Source: Nitrosotalea sp.
GTDB taxonomy: Archaea; Thermoproteota; Nitrososphaeria; Nitrososphaerales; Nitrosopumilaceae
NCBI GenBank assembly: GCA_033853455.1
Contig: JAWOLM010000050.1
Coordinates: 1-40,151, forward strand
DNA length: 40,151 nucleotides
Reading direction: 5' to 3'
The notes under the pieces are model-generated. The model searched no databases and was not told the DNA's origin. It saw nothing but the letters and a program-made list of their open reading frames with translations. Made by a program: the position numbers and the translations under genes. Below, in pieces: positions 18,633 through 28,167 of the stretch. Position 1 is the stretch's first letter; each line of letters starts with the position of its first letter.

Positions 18633-19778
18633 TTATGCAATACCAAGCTCTGTAAATGTTTTCAGTATCATACCGTCAGTAGATTTCAGGTTGGCAGTCC
18701 TATGGCCTATGAGGCATTCTATTCCTGCCTGCTTTGCAGAATCAACAAGCCTTTGTGTTATGATGCCGTCCAGTACCAAGTACTTTATTCCAGAGCCGGG
18801 TGATAGTTTTGAAACTACCTCGCTTACTGGTACTTTGAAGATATTGTTCAATCCATCGTCTAGTGCTATTGCCTCTAGAGATTCATTAAGATCAGGATAG
18901 ACTTTTTTTGCAACGTCTGCGATTGGTGCATCCTTTGGATCCTGCAGCTTTGGTTTGGCAGTCTCTTTCTTCATCTCCTCTGCGGTATCTTTTAGAATGT
19001 CTGCAATCTGCATAGGAGTAAGTTCTTCGACCTCAACTCCTTCCGGAGCGCGATGAACAACATCAACATTGACAAGTGATTTCAATTCTTTTAGTATGAA
19101 ACCTCCAGCTCTATCACCGTCAAGAAACGCCACAACCTTTTGCTTTGATTCACAAAGTGATTTTATAGATTCATCAATTCTTGCACCTTCTATGGCAAGT
19201 GCGTTGTCAAAGCCTGCGCGCAGTAGATTTATCACGTCCGCTCTTCCTTCAACTAGAATCACCCAAGGAGAATCAAAAACCCCAGAGCCGCATGCAAGTT
19301 TCTCTTTGCCAAATGTAGTTAGCTTGCCAGATGATGTTACGTCTTGTACATCCTTTAGCATCTCTTCTCCTTCACTAATTGTTTTTGTGGACCATTTCTG
19401 TACAATCTGTTTTGCCCTGTCAACAATCTCTTTCTTTTTTGCAGAGCGCACATCCTCTATTGCTTCTAATTTAAAGTGAGCTTGAAACGGACCAACTTTA
19501 TCGATGCTTTCAATTGCAGCTGCAATTAATGCAGCTGTGTTGATATCAGTACTCATTGGTATCAAGGCATCGCCTTTTGTTTGATTAGTCGTGCTCGTAG
19601 TGTTGACCTCTATTCTCCCTACCTTGGAGACTTTCTGAAGTTCATTTAGGTTCATTTCTGGGCCAAGCAAACCTTCTGTTTGGCCAAAAATTGCGCCTAT
19701 AATATCGGCTTTTTCAACGAGTCCATCGACGTCAAAGCTGAGCTTAACGTGATACTTGACAATTCCACTATATGGCAA
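18633..19778 (-). CDS. dnaG: Archaeal DnaG-type primase / exosome-associated protein
   Basis: GAIFGQTEGLLG, VEGRADV TOPRIM, DGDRAG, DGIITQRL. Confidence 0.95.
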   Translation of the reverse strand: MPYSGIVKYHVKLSFDVDGLVEKADIIGAIFGQTEGLLGPEMNLNELQKVSKVGRIEVNTTSTTNQTKGDALIPMSTDINTAALIAAAIESIDKVGPFQAHFKLEAIEDVRSAKKKEIVDRAKQIVQKWSTKTISEGEEMLKDVQDVTSSGKLTTFGKEKLACGSGVFDSPWVILVEGRADVINLLRAGFDNALAIEGARIDESIKSLCESKQKVVAFLDGDRAGGFILKELKSLVNVDVVHRAPEGVEVEELTPMQIADILKDTAEEMKKETAKPKLQDPKDAPIADVAKKVYPDLNESLEAIALDDGLNNIFKVPVSEVVSKLSPGSGIKYLVLDGIITQRLVDSAKQAGIECLIGHRTANLKSTDGMILKTFTELGIA

Positions 19779-19841
19779 ATCATTAACCTCTTAATTTTTG
19801 ATCAATCTACTTTCATTATGGGCAGATATAAGTGCTTATTG

Positions 19842-20213
19842 TCAGCTTGGCGCGTACAACGAAAGATCCTCAATGTGGCGCACTTTTCCTTTTGTTATTG
19901 CAGTAAGCTTTTTCCTGAAGGAGAGATCGACTGTCGTTCGATGTTCAAGCTGTGAGAGGATCCTTTTTGTGAGATAGGCGCCTTTTCTGTCAGAGTCAAG
20001 CAATATGATAAGACGTTTGTAATTGGATACCGAATCCGCAAATTTTGCTAGTCCTTTAAAGCTGTGAAACTGGCATACCTTGCCTGAAAAGCCAATCTTG
20101 AGCAGTGCAGTCTCATCTTTTTTTCCCTCCACAACAACAATGCTGTTCTTTTTTGAGTTAAGGGATTTTATGAAATCCTGAACTTGTGATATTTCTGACT
20201 CGTCAATTTTCAT
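19842..20213 (-). CDS. Small TOPRIM-domain protein
   Basis: VVVEGKKD and LLDSDRKG TOPRIM motifs; upstream of dnaG. Confidence 0.88.
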   Translation of the reverse strand: MKIDESEISQVQDFIKSLNSKKNSIVVVEGKKDETALLKIGFSGKVCQFHSFKGLAKFADSVSNYKRLIILLDSDRKGAYLTKRILSQLEHRTTVDLSFRKKLTAITKGKVRHIEDLSLYAPS

Positions 20214-20261
20214 GGTCTTGTTTAGAATTAAACATATTAAGCAATTTTCAATGGATTATTC

Positions 20262-20951
20262 GTGTCAGATATACTGGTCATACAGAATACAAAAAACGAA
20301 GGAATTGCAACTCTTGGTAAACTCCTTGAGCAAGATGGCTTCAAGATCACAACTGTTCTTGCAAAGAAAGAAAAAATTCCAAAAATAGAGCCACATGCGA
20401 TAATCATACTTGGAGCACCTGAAAGCGCAAACGACGAGCTGCCCTATCTAAAAGAAGAGATGGTTCTGATACGAGAGTCTGTAAGAAAGAATATTCCCGT
20501 TCTTGGAATATGCCTTGGATCACAGCTCATCGCAAAGGCGTTTGGGGCAAGAGTATACCCAGGCAAGAAAAAAGAGATCGGGTTTTATCACGACGTAGAA
20601 TTTGATAACACATTAGATTCTAGGTTATTTCAAGGGATGCAAAGCCCAGCTACAGTATTTCATTGGCACGGCGATACATTTGATCTACCAGATAATGCTA
20701 TAAGACTAGCACATTCAAAGGACTACAAAAATCAAGCAATAAAGATTGGGAGTGCTGTAGGTGTGCAGTTTCACCTAGAGGTAGACGAATATACCATAAG
20801 ACTTTGGCTTGAAAAATCAAAGGATGAACTTACCTCTGCCCCACATATCAGTGCCAAGAACATAATGGAAGAGATTCCCAAAAACATGGAAATAATCGAG
20901 AAAAACATGAGGACGTTTTACCAAAACTTCAGATCAGAATTCAATCTTTGA
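20262..20951 (+). CDS. Class I glutamine amidotransferase (stand-alone, GuaA-like)
   Basis: LGICLGSQL nucleophile elbow, HWHGD, QFHLE triad. Confidence 0.9.
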   Translation: MSDILVIQNTKNEGIATLGKLLEQDGFKITTVLAKKEKIPKIEPHAIIILGAPESANDELPYLKEEMVLIRESVRKNIPVLGICLGSQLIAKAFGARVYPGKKKEIGFYHDVEFDNTLDSRLFQGMQSPATVFHWHGDTFDLPDNAIRLAHSKDYKNQAIKIGSAVGVQFHLEVDEYTIRLWLEKSKDELTSAPHISAKNIMEEIPKNMEIIEKNMRTFYQNFRSEFNL

Positions 20952-21031
20952 CAGAACCCTCTAGTTAATAATTAACTATAACAAAAAATGAAGATCGCAT
21001 CGAGTTTCTCAAATTGATATTTTGTCAAAAG

Positions 21032-21041
21032 TTTAATATAA
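21032..21041 (+). promoter_or_regulatory. TATA box upstream of the acyl-CoA synthetase operon
   Basis: TTTAATATAA preceded by the A-rich BRE-like CAAAAG. Confidence 0.5.
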
Positions 21042-21065
21042 TGACATTAAGACTCGGATCTCGTC

Positions 21066-21125
21066 ATGATTTATCAAATTGGAATGCAGAGTAGGCACTT
21101 TACAAAAAAGGAGTGCTTGCTTTGA
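21066..21125 (+). CDS. Putative 19-aa upstream leader ORF ([19 protein letters not shown])
   Basis: ATG about 25 nt after the TATA box; TGA overlaps the TTG start of the downstream gene; no homology evidence. Confidence 0.35.
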   Translation: MIYQIGMQSRHFTKKECLL

Positions 21126-23245
21126 GCCAAGTAACAAAAGTTTTCGAAGAAACAATCGCAACTGATCACAAGGTAATTACCGAAGATCTATCAAAAGCAG
21201 TTTTGAAAAAATACGGAATCAAGGTTCCAGGATATGCTCTTGTAAATAGCGCAAAAGAAGCAAGCAAAGCAGCTAAGAAACTCGGATTCCCACTAGTCAT
21301 GAAGGTTGTCTCTCCGCAGATTCTTCACAAGACTGATGTCGGAGGAGTGAAAGTGGGTCTTCAAAATGAAAAGGAAGTAAAGAAGGCATTTACTGAGATG
21401 TATTCTAGGTTATCAAAGAAAAAAGGAGTAACTCTCAAAGGAATTTTGCTTGAAAAGATGGTTCCAAAAGGAATCGAGCTTATTGTCGGACTTCAAAACG
21501 ATCCACAGTTTGGTCCGGTCATAATGGTTGGACTTGGAGGAGTTCTCACAGAGATCTTCAAGGACGTTTCATTTAGGATGCTTCCAATCACTATGGATGA
21601 CGCAAAAGCAATGCTTGCAGACCTCAAGGGTTTCAAGATACTACAAGGATACAGAGGAAGTAAACCGATAGACCTGAACATGCTTGCAAAAGCACTAGTC
21701 CAAATAGGCAAGATAGGAGTTGATAACGCAGAATACTTTGATAGCGTTGACTTTAACCCAATCGTAGTATATCCAAAATCTTACTTTGTTGTAGACGCAA
21801 AAATAATTCTAAGAAAAGAAGTAAAAAAGGATGCAATCTCAAACGCCAAACCAAATATCGAATTCATGGAGACATTCTTTACACCACAGTCAGTCGCATT
21901 GGTAGGAGCTTCGGCTACTCCAGGAAAAGTTGGAAACTCGGTTCTTGATAGCATTGCAAAACATGATTATAAGGGCAAGGTATATCCAATTAATCCAAAG
22001 TCAGAAGAGATTCTTGGAATCAAGTGTTATCCAACGCTTGATGCTATTCAGGATCCAGTAGACTTGGTTGTAGTATGTGTAGATCTATCTGTTACACCAC
22101 CAGTTCTAGAAACTTGTGCAAAGAAAGGAATCCACAATGTTGTCATTGTATCAGGTGGAGGAAAAGAACTTGGAGGAGAGCGAGCTGCATATGAGGCAGA
22201 AATAAAAAGACTTTCAGAACAACACAAGATTAGAATAATTGGTCCCAACTGCATCGGAATGTTCAATGCTGCAAATAGACTTGATTGCGCATTTCAAGGT
22301 CAAGCAAGAATGGTACGTGCAAGACAAGGACCAGTAGCACTACTATCGCAGAGCGGCACAATGGGAATTAGTTTCCTTGAGACTGCTGACAGCTTTGGTC
22401 TATCAAAGATGGTAAGCTATGGCAACAGGTCAGATGTAGACGAGGCAGATATGATATGGTATCTTGCAAATGATCCGCAAACCAAGGTCATAGCATTATA
22501 CGTCGAAGGATTTGGCGACGGCCGCAAATTCATAGAAACTGCCAAGCGTGTGATGAAAGAAAAGAAAAAACCAATTGTAATCTGGAAGAGTGGAAGGACC
22601 ACACTTGGTGCCAAGCAAGCAGCATCACACACAGGTTCGCTTGGAGGTTCTAACGCAATAATCATGAGTGTGTTCAAGCAGGCAGGAATAATCTCAGTTG
22701 ATAGTTATCAAGAACTTGCATCTGTTGTCAAGGCTTTAGCATGGCAGCCAGCTGCTGGAGGTCCTCGAGTTGGACTGGTAAGCAATGGTGCAGGTCCAAT
22801 GATTGGTGCAATAGACCAGTTTGAAAAGTATGGGCTGGAGCTTGGCAAAGTAACAGAGGCAACACTAAATGAGATGAAAGCGCATTATCCACCAACTTAT
22901 GTTATAGGAAACGGTAACCCAGCAGATGTAACGGGTGGTGCAAATGCTGATGATTACAGGTATGCAATCCAAAAATTCATGGATGATCCAAATATCGATA
23001 TCGTAATGCCATGGTTTGTTTTTCAAGACGATCCACTCGAAGAAACAATCATTGATTACCTAGGTGAATTCTCAAAACAAGGAAAAAAACCACTGCTTGT
23101 TGGAGGAAATGGCGGTCCCTATACACAAAAGGTATCAGCATTGATTGAAAAGCATCAAGTTCCCGTGTATGACGACATTAGAAACTGGGTAGCTGCAGGA
23201 GCTGCACTATACCAATGGGGAAAGCACAAGCCAGACAAGGTTTAA
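21122..23245 (+). CDS. ADP-forming acyl-CoA synthetase, probable 3-hydroxypropionyl-CoA synthetase of the 3HP/4HB cycle
   Basis: Beta-alpha domain order: ATP-grasp (HKTDVGGV), CoA-binding (VGAS...[11 protein letters not shown]), phospho-His ASHTGSL; adjacent crotonase; TTG 21122 follows AAGGAG. Confidence 0.82.
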   Translation: MSQVTKVFEETIATDHKVITEDLSKAVLKKYGIKVPGYALVNSAKEASKAAKKLGFPLVMKVVSPQILHKTDVGGVKVGLQNEKEVKKAFTEMYSRLSKKKGVTLKGILLEKMVPKGIELIVGLQNDPQFGPVIMVGLGGVLTEIFKDVSFRMLPITMDDAKAMLADLKGFKILQGYRGSKPIDLNMLAKALVQIGKIGVDNAEYFDSVDFNPIVVYPKSYFVVDAKIILRKEVKKDAISNAKPNIEFMETFFTPQSVALVGASATPGKVGNSVLDSIAKHDYKGKVYPINPKSEEILGIKCYPTLDAIQDPVDLVVVCVDLSVTPPVLETCAKKGIHNVVIVSGGGKELGGERAAYEAEIKRLSEQHKIRIIGPNCIGMFNAANRLDCAFQGQARMVRARQGPVALLSQSGTMGISFLETADSFGLSKMVSYGNRSDVDEADMIWYLANDPQTKVIALYVEGFGDGRKFIETAKRVMKEKKKPIVIWKSGRTTLGAKQAASHTGSLGGSNAIIMSVFKQAGIISVDSYQELASVVKALAWQPAAGGPRVGLVSNGAGPMIGAIDQFEKYGLELGKVTEATLNEMKAHYPPTYVIGNGNPADVTGGANADDYRYAIQKFMDDPNIDIVMPWFVFQDDPLEETIIDYLGEFSKQGKKPLLVGGNGGPYTQKVSALIEKHQVPVYDDIRNWVAAGAALYQWGKHKPDKV

Positions 23246-23270
23246 TTTCCTGGATAGATTGAGTTTTTTC

Positions 23271-24032
23271 ATGTCACTTGTTAATGTCTCAAAAACAGAT
23301 GGAATCTGTACAGTAAAAATAAACAGACCAGACAAGCTTAATGCAATGAATATTGAGGTTGCAAATGACATCATCAGAGTATTCAAAGAAATAGAGACCG
23401 ATGACTCGGTCAAAGTTGTAATCATTACAGGGGAGGGAGATAAGGCATTTTCTGCAGGGGCAGACATCGCATACATGTCAACAATCTCACCAATTGAGGC
23501 CGAGGCGTATGCAAAGGTAGGTCATTTATTAACTTCAACAGTAGAAAATTGCAGTAGGCCGACAATTGCAGCAGTTAACGGATTTGCACTTGGAGGAGGG
23601 TGTGAGCTTGCACTTGCGTGTGATATTAGAATCGCTGCAGATACTTCAAAGATCGGTCAGCCCGAAGTAACAATAGGCGTATGCCCAGGTTGGGGAGGCA
23701 CACAAAGGTTACAGAGAATTATTGGAATATCGCAGGCAAAGGACCTGATCTACACCGGCAGAATGATAAAGTCAGATGAGGCAAAAGAGATGGGTTTGGT
23801 AAACAAAGTAGTAGAACTTGCAAAACTCACAGAAGAGACAACAAACTTTGCAAAGATGATTGTGCAGAACTCTGCCATGGCAGTTAGAATGTCAAAGGTT
23901 GCAATAAACAAGGGAAGAAACTCGGATATTGATACAGGGCTTGCATTAGAGCTTTACACGTGGGGACTGTGCTTTACACACCCAGATAGGTCCGAAAGAA
24001 TGACTGCTTTTGTAAACAAGTCAAAGAAATAG
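23271..24032 (+). CDS. Enoyl-CoA hydratase, probable 3-hydroxypropionyl-CoA dehydratase/crotonyl-CoA hydratase
   Basis: [36 protein letters not shown] crotonase motifs with both catalytic Glu. Confidence 0.85.
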   Translation: MSLVNVSKTDGICTVKINRPDKLNAMNIEVANDIIRVFKEIETDDSVKVVIITGEGDKAFSAGADIAYMSTISPIEAEAYAKVGHLLTSTVENCSRPTIAAVNGFALGGGCELALACDIRIAADTSKIGQPEVTIGVCPGWGGTQRLQRIIGISQAKDLIYTGRMIKSDEAKEMGLVNKVVELAKLTEETTNFAKMIVQNSAMAVRMSKVAINKGRNSDIDTGLALELYTWGLCFTHPDRSERMTAFVNKSKK

Positions 24033-24113
24033 ATCTTTTCCCTCTTTTCCCAATTGATTCCGAATATGGCCAGTATGAAAAGATTATTATAATTTAAACG
24101 ACGAATCTGATTT

Positions 24114-24464
24114 ATGAGCAATACGCAGGCAGCAAAACTGATCACAATCACGCCAAAAGCTGCAGAAAAAGTAGCTGCTTTCATGAAAGAGGAAGCGGAA
24201 AAACCAGAATTTCTGCGAGTTTATGTACAAGGCGGAGGATGTTCAGGATTGTCTTATGGAATGGGCTTTGAGAAAAAAGCCGAAGAAGACGACATCTTGA
24301 TCGAAGAGAATGGGGTAAAGATGATTGTTGACAGCTACAGTGCCGAATACCTCAAAGGCGCAAACATTGACTATATCGAGAGTTTAATGGGCGCTGGATT
24401 TAAGATAAACAATCCAAACGTGACCAAGTCATGTTCTTGTGGTCACTCATTTAGCACATCTTAA
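24114..24464 (+). CDS. A-type Fe-S cluster carrier (HesB/IscA/ErpA)
   Basis: GGGCSGLSY and CSCGHSF motifs. Confidence 0.95.
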   Translation: MSNTQAAKLITITPKAAEKVAAFMKEEAEKPEFLRVYVQGGGCSGLSYGMGFEKKAEEDDILIEENGVKMIVDSYSAEYLKGANIDYIESLMGAGFKINNPNVTKSCSCGHSFSTS

Positions 24465-24507
24465 ACTCTATCTTTAATTTTTATTTTTCAATAATTACTG
24501 CAAAGTA

Positions 24508-24735
24508 TTAGATTGTTATCAACGTCATGGTAGATAACACATGCGGCACCTTACGAATTTGTCCTGTGATTATCTTTTCAAGAGATACCGAGTCTTTACT
24601 CTCGATCTCAACTATAATATCATACAATCCTAGGACGCCGGTTACATTCTTTATTCCTTGAATTTCCAAAAGCTTTCGAATAGTTTGTGATTCTTTTCCA
24701 GTCTCACAATGAATTGCTACAAATGCCTTTGCCAT
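24508..24735 (-). CDS. Stand-alone Lrp/AsnC ligand-binding (RAM) domain protein
   Basis: KAFVAI, GLYDIIVEIE, IRKVPHVLSTMTLI pattern; no HTH. Confidence 0.85.
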   Translation of the reverse strand: MAKAFVAIHCETGKESQTIRKLLEIQGIKNVTGVLGLYDIIVEIESKDSVSLEKIITGQIRKVPHVLSTMTLITI

Positions 24736-24758
24736 TTCTCGCCAAAAAAATTATTTGG

Positions 24759-26006
24759 TTATGGCCAGAGACCTCTTGCCTCGTATGCCTCTAAGACTCG
24801 GCCTACGGCAAGCACCATACTTGCTTTTCTCATGTCTACATTGTGCTTCTTGGACAAGGCGTAAGTGTCGTTGAACCCCTTGACGATGTGTTTTTCCATC
24901 TTACCTGCTACCTCGTCAAATGACCAATAGTATCTCTGCAAGTTCTGCACCCACTCAAGATACGATATACATACTCCTCCAGAATTTGCCAAAATATCTG
25001 GAATAACCATTATCTTGTTCTTGTATAAAATTTCGTCAGCTTCAGGAGTAGTAGGTCCATTTGCTGCCTCTCCAATAATCTTACAATCAATATTTTTTGC
25101 AATCTGTGGTGTAATCTGATTCTCAAGTGCTGCTGGTACTAGGACGTCACAGGGTGTTGTTAGTAATTCTTCTGTTGAGATCTTTTTGCTTCCAGGATAG
25201 CCAACTACACTTCCTGATTTTGTCTTATAATCGAGGACCTTTTTTGCATCTAGTCCCTTTGTATTAATTATAGACCCTTTAGAATCACTTACTGCGATTA
25301 TTTTTGCACCCATCTTCTCTAGGTATTCAGCTGCAAATGTACCTGCATTTCCGTACCCTTGGATTACGACCTTTGCGCCTTTTAGTCTCAATCCAACTTT
25401 TTTGGCAGCTTCTCTTACACAGTATGACACTCCAAGACCAGTTGCAACATTTCTTGCTTGAGAACCTCCAATTGGAATTGGTTTGCCAGTAATTACACCT
25501 GGTTCTCCCTGTCCATGCATCATGCTGTACACATCCATTATCTGTGCCATCTCTTTTCCAGTTGTATAAACATCGGGAGCAGGAATGTCTTTTCCTGGTC
25601 CAATTATTTCTGAAATAGCATAAGCGTATCTTCTAGTGAGTCTCTCTTTTTCACCGGCAGAAAGTCTTTTTGGATCACAAATGATTCCACCTTTTCCTCC
25701 ACCAAATGGGACATCAACTATTGAACACTTCCATGTCATCCACATTGATAGAGCCTTAACTTCTTCAATTGTAACATCGGGATGGTATCGAATTCCTCCC
25801 TTGAAAGGCCCTCTGAAATCATTGTGTTGTGATCGGAATCCTGTGAAAACTTTGATTCTTCCATCATCCATTTTTACGGGAAGAGAAACTGTCAAAACTT
25901 TTTTTGGGCTTGCCAGCATCTCGTGTACGCCTGGGTCAAGCTTTAGAATTTTTGCAGCAGATGCGAGTTGCTTTAGTGCATTCTGCCATGGATCTATCTT
26001 GGTCAA
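24759..26006 (-). CDS. gdhA: Glutamate dehydrogenase
   Basis: GPFKGGIRY, GGGKGG, DIPAPDV, QGYGNAG, EAANGP, PDILANSGGV. Confidence 0.96.
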   Translation of the reverse strand: MTKIDPWQNALKQLASAAKILKLDPGVHEMLASPKKVLTVSLPVKMDDGRIKVFTGFRSQHNDFRGPFKGGIRYHPDVTIEEVKALSMWMTWKCSIVDVPFGGGKGGIICDPKRLSAGEKERLTRRYAYAISEIIGPGKDIPAPDVYTTGKEMAQIMDVYSMMHGQGEPGVITGKPIPIGGSQARNVATGLGVSYCVREAAKKVGLRLKGAKVVIQGYGNAGTFAAEYLEKMGAKIIAVSDSKGSIINTKGLDAKKVLDYKTKSGSVVGYPGSKKISTEELLTTPCDVLVPAALENQITPQIAKNIDCKIIGEAANGPTTPEADEILYKNKIMVIPDILANSGGVCISYLEWVQNLQRYYWSFDEVAGKMEKHIVKGFNDTYALSKKHNVDMRKASMVLAVGRVLEAYEARGLWP

Positions 26007-26065
26007 ACCCTATTCATATGCTCTCCTAGGTATTCTATTTAAATTTGTTGAGACGGATCGCGGAT

Positions 26066-26422
26066 TTATTTGGCAGACTGTCCGGAGCCATGACCTGAGT
26101 TTTGTCCTCCAAGTTTTGACGAGATTTGATTTCGTAGATCATCGTCTGTCTTATTTAGATGATCAATTCCGAGTGTCTTTGCTATCATCTCAAGTTTCTG
26201 CCTTTCCGTATTTACTGGACCTTGAACTGGCATTCCAAACTCTCCTCTTGCCATCTGGATTTCTTTCTGTACAGAGTCTTTTGTCTTGTTAAATTCCCCC
26301 ATGATCTTGCCTAGTTTACGTGAAGCTTCTGGCATACGTTTTGTTCCAAGAAACATCACAAGCGCGACGAAGGCAATGACTATCCAATCATTTCCCATTA
26401 TTGTAAGGGAGAAGTCAGTCAC
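26066..26422 (-). CDS. tatA: Twin-arginine translocase TatA/TatE family subunit
   Basis: N-terminal TM helix followed by FLGTKRMPEASRKLG amphipathic helix. Confidence 0.82.
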   Translation of the reverse strand: MTDFSLTIMGNDWIVIAFVALVMFLGTKRMPEASRKLGKIMGEFNKTKDSVQKEIQMARGEFGMPVQGPVNTERQKLEMIAKTLGIDHLNKTDDDLRNQISSKLGGQNSGHGSGQSAK

Positions 26423-26455
26423 GTGCTAATTTGCGATGTTTCCGAAATTAAAGCT

Positions 26456-27148
26456 TTAGACTTTGTAGGCTGCAACTATTATTGCTCCGCCCATCATTCC
26501 TGTTTCAAACTCTACTCTTGCAAACTTTTCAAGTAGTAGGGATTCTAACTTCTTGTTTTGCGGCCACATCTTGTACGTGTCGTAAAGGGCAGCAAACTTT
26601 AGCCCAAGCTTTCCTCCTGCCAAAATAGCGATAAGAGGCAAGATTGTTCTGAGATAAAATGAAACACCAGTTCTTATTACAAGATTATCCGGCTTGCCAA
26701 GGTCTACTATTACAAAACGGCCTCCTTTTTTTAGCACTCGATGAATTTCTGATATGGCAGTGCGCAGACTTATCGCATCACGTAGCGAGTATCCGCAAAG
26801 TACCGCATCAAATTTTTCGTCTTGAAATGGTATGTGCTCAAAGACGCCGCATGTAAGTGAGGGAGTTTTTGCAAAAAGCCTTCCTGTATTTTTCAGCATG
26901 GGCCTCAATGGATCATACAAGGCAATTTCCAAATCATTTTCACATATATTCATTGCAGTCTTTGACATGTTACCAAATCCTGAACCTGCATCAAGAATCT
27001 TGTCTCCCTTGTTCACCCGGTTTTGAATTCCACGTCTTCGAAACTCCAAATCCTTTCCAAGTGAGATAAACGAGTTGACTTTGTCATATACTGGAATTAT
27101 TTGCTCCAGAACATCCATTACCTGGCCCCAATTGCTTCCAAGACCCAC
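26456..27148 (-). CDS. UbiE/MenG-family SAM methyltransferase
   Basis: YDKVNSFISLG, ILDAGSGFG, EIHRVLKKGG. Confidence 0.82.
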   Translation of the reverse strand: MGLGSNWGQVMDVLEQIIPVYDKVNSFISLGKDLEFRRRGIQNRVNKGDKILDAGSGFGNMSKTAMNICENDLEIALYDPLRPMLKNTGRLFAKTPSLTCGVFEHIPFQDEKFDAVLCGYSLRDAISLRTAISEIHRVLKKGGRFVIVDLGKPDNLVIRTGVSFYLRTILPLIAILAGGKLGLKFAALYDTYKMWPQNKKLESLLLEKFARVEFETGMMGGAIIVAAYKV

Positions 27149-27182
27149 AAGAATCTAAAAAATATCACATATTATATTCCAA

Positions 27183-28073
27183 TCATGGCTTCATTTCTGA
27201 GATGACAGCGCTGATACCATTTTGATATGAAGGATATGCCATAGTACATATCTGTGAAATTTTGGTGTTGGATGTTTTGACCGAGGTTGTAAGCAGAGTT
27301 ACAAAATCTTGGCCCAAGGCAGTCTTTGCGAGAAATGCCGGAACGGTTCCTGGATTTTTAACACCAAGTTTTGAGCAGACAAAATTTACAAACTCTGAGA
27401 AAATAACAGGTGTAGAATCAGTTATTACAAATGACTGGCCTGCTTGGTTTTTTTCTGCAATTGCAACAAGAGCAGACACAACATCATCTACATGAACAAA
27501 ACTTCGATAATATTTGCCGGAGCCTGGAATCCTAAATGAGTTTCTCTCGAGTCTCTCAACCATCATCGATTTGAACCATCCGCCATTCCCGTAAACATCC
27601 CCAAGATATGCAACAGCAAGTGGAATCCCATACTGCCTGCAGTTTTCTTCAAGATATTTTTGTGCCTCTAGTCTAATCTTGGCATATTCCGTGTTTGGGT
27701 TAAGTTGCGTACTCTCATTTATCGTGTTTCCTTTTGTATCGCCAAACACTCCAAGACCTGACACATAGATGAAAAACTTCGCCTTGTCCCTTACTTTACT
27801 GAAGAGGTTTACTGTTCCGTCATAGTTTACTCGCCTTTGTAGCTTTTTGTCTTTCTCGCCAGGCCAGAGGGCAGCCAGATGATACACTATATCATAAGAA
27901 TTGTCTGGGAAATCAAAATCAGGATATGTAAGATCTCCTGTCACTTGACTAACCTGTGGGTTAGTCTTTCCTTCGCGTATCAGCGCGGTTACAGTATCTC
28001 CCCGCTTGACAAGCCTATCAACAAGCCTCGAGCCGATAAATCCAGTGGCTCCAGTAACAAGTACTGCCAACAA
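27183..28073 (-). CDS. NAD-dependent epimerase/dehydratase (extended SDR)
   Basis: VTGATGFIG, VYHLAA, FVHVDD. Confidence 0.88.
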   Translation of the reverse strand: MLAVLVTGATGFIGSRLVDRLVKRGDTVTALIREGKTNPQVSQVTGDLTYPDFDFPDNSYDIVYHLAALWPGEKDKKLQRRVNYDGTVNLFSKVRDKAKFFIYVSGLGVFGDTKGNTINESTQLNPNTEYAKIRLEAQKYLEENCRQYGIPLAVAYLGDVYGNGGWFKSMMVERLERNSFRIPGSGKYYRSFVHVDDVVSALVAIAEKNQAGQSFVITDSTPVIFSEFVNFVCSKLGVKNPGTVPAFLAKTALGQDFVTLLTTSVKTSNTKISQICTMAYPSYQNGISAVISEMKP

Positions 28074-28167
28074 ATCTATCTAGGGTTTTATCGCTTTAAG
28101 GTTTGACCTCAAGTACATAAAATGTACAACCAAAAATTAAATCAGACGTTAATCTTCTTGTGACCTA

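Noticed and set aside
20262-20951. GATase as the deamidase for EDWGQ LysW
   Set aside because: It lies 6 kb away in a separate unit and nothing in the sequence links them; pure speculation
25636-26292. 218-aa antisense ORF over gdhA/tatA
   Set aside because: Shadow ORF of strongly conserved genes
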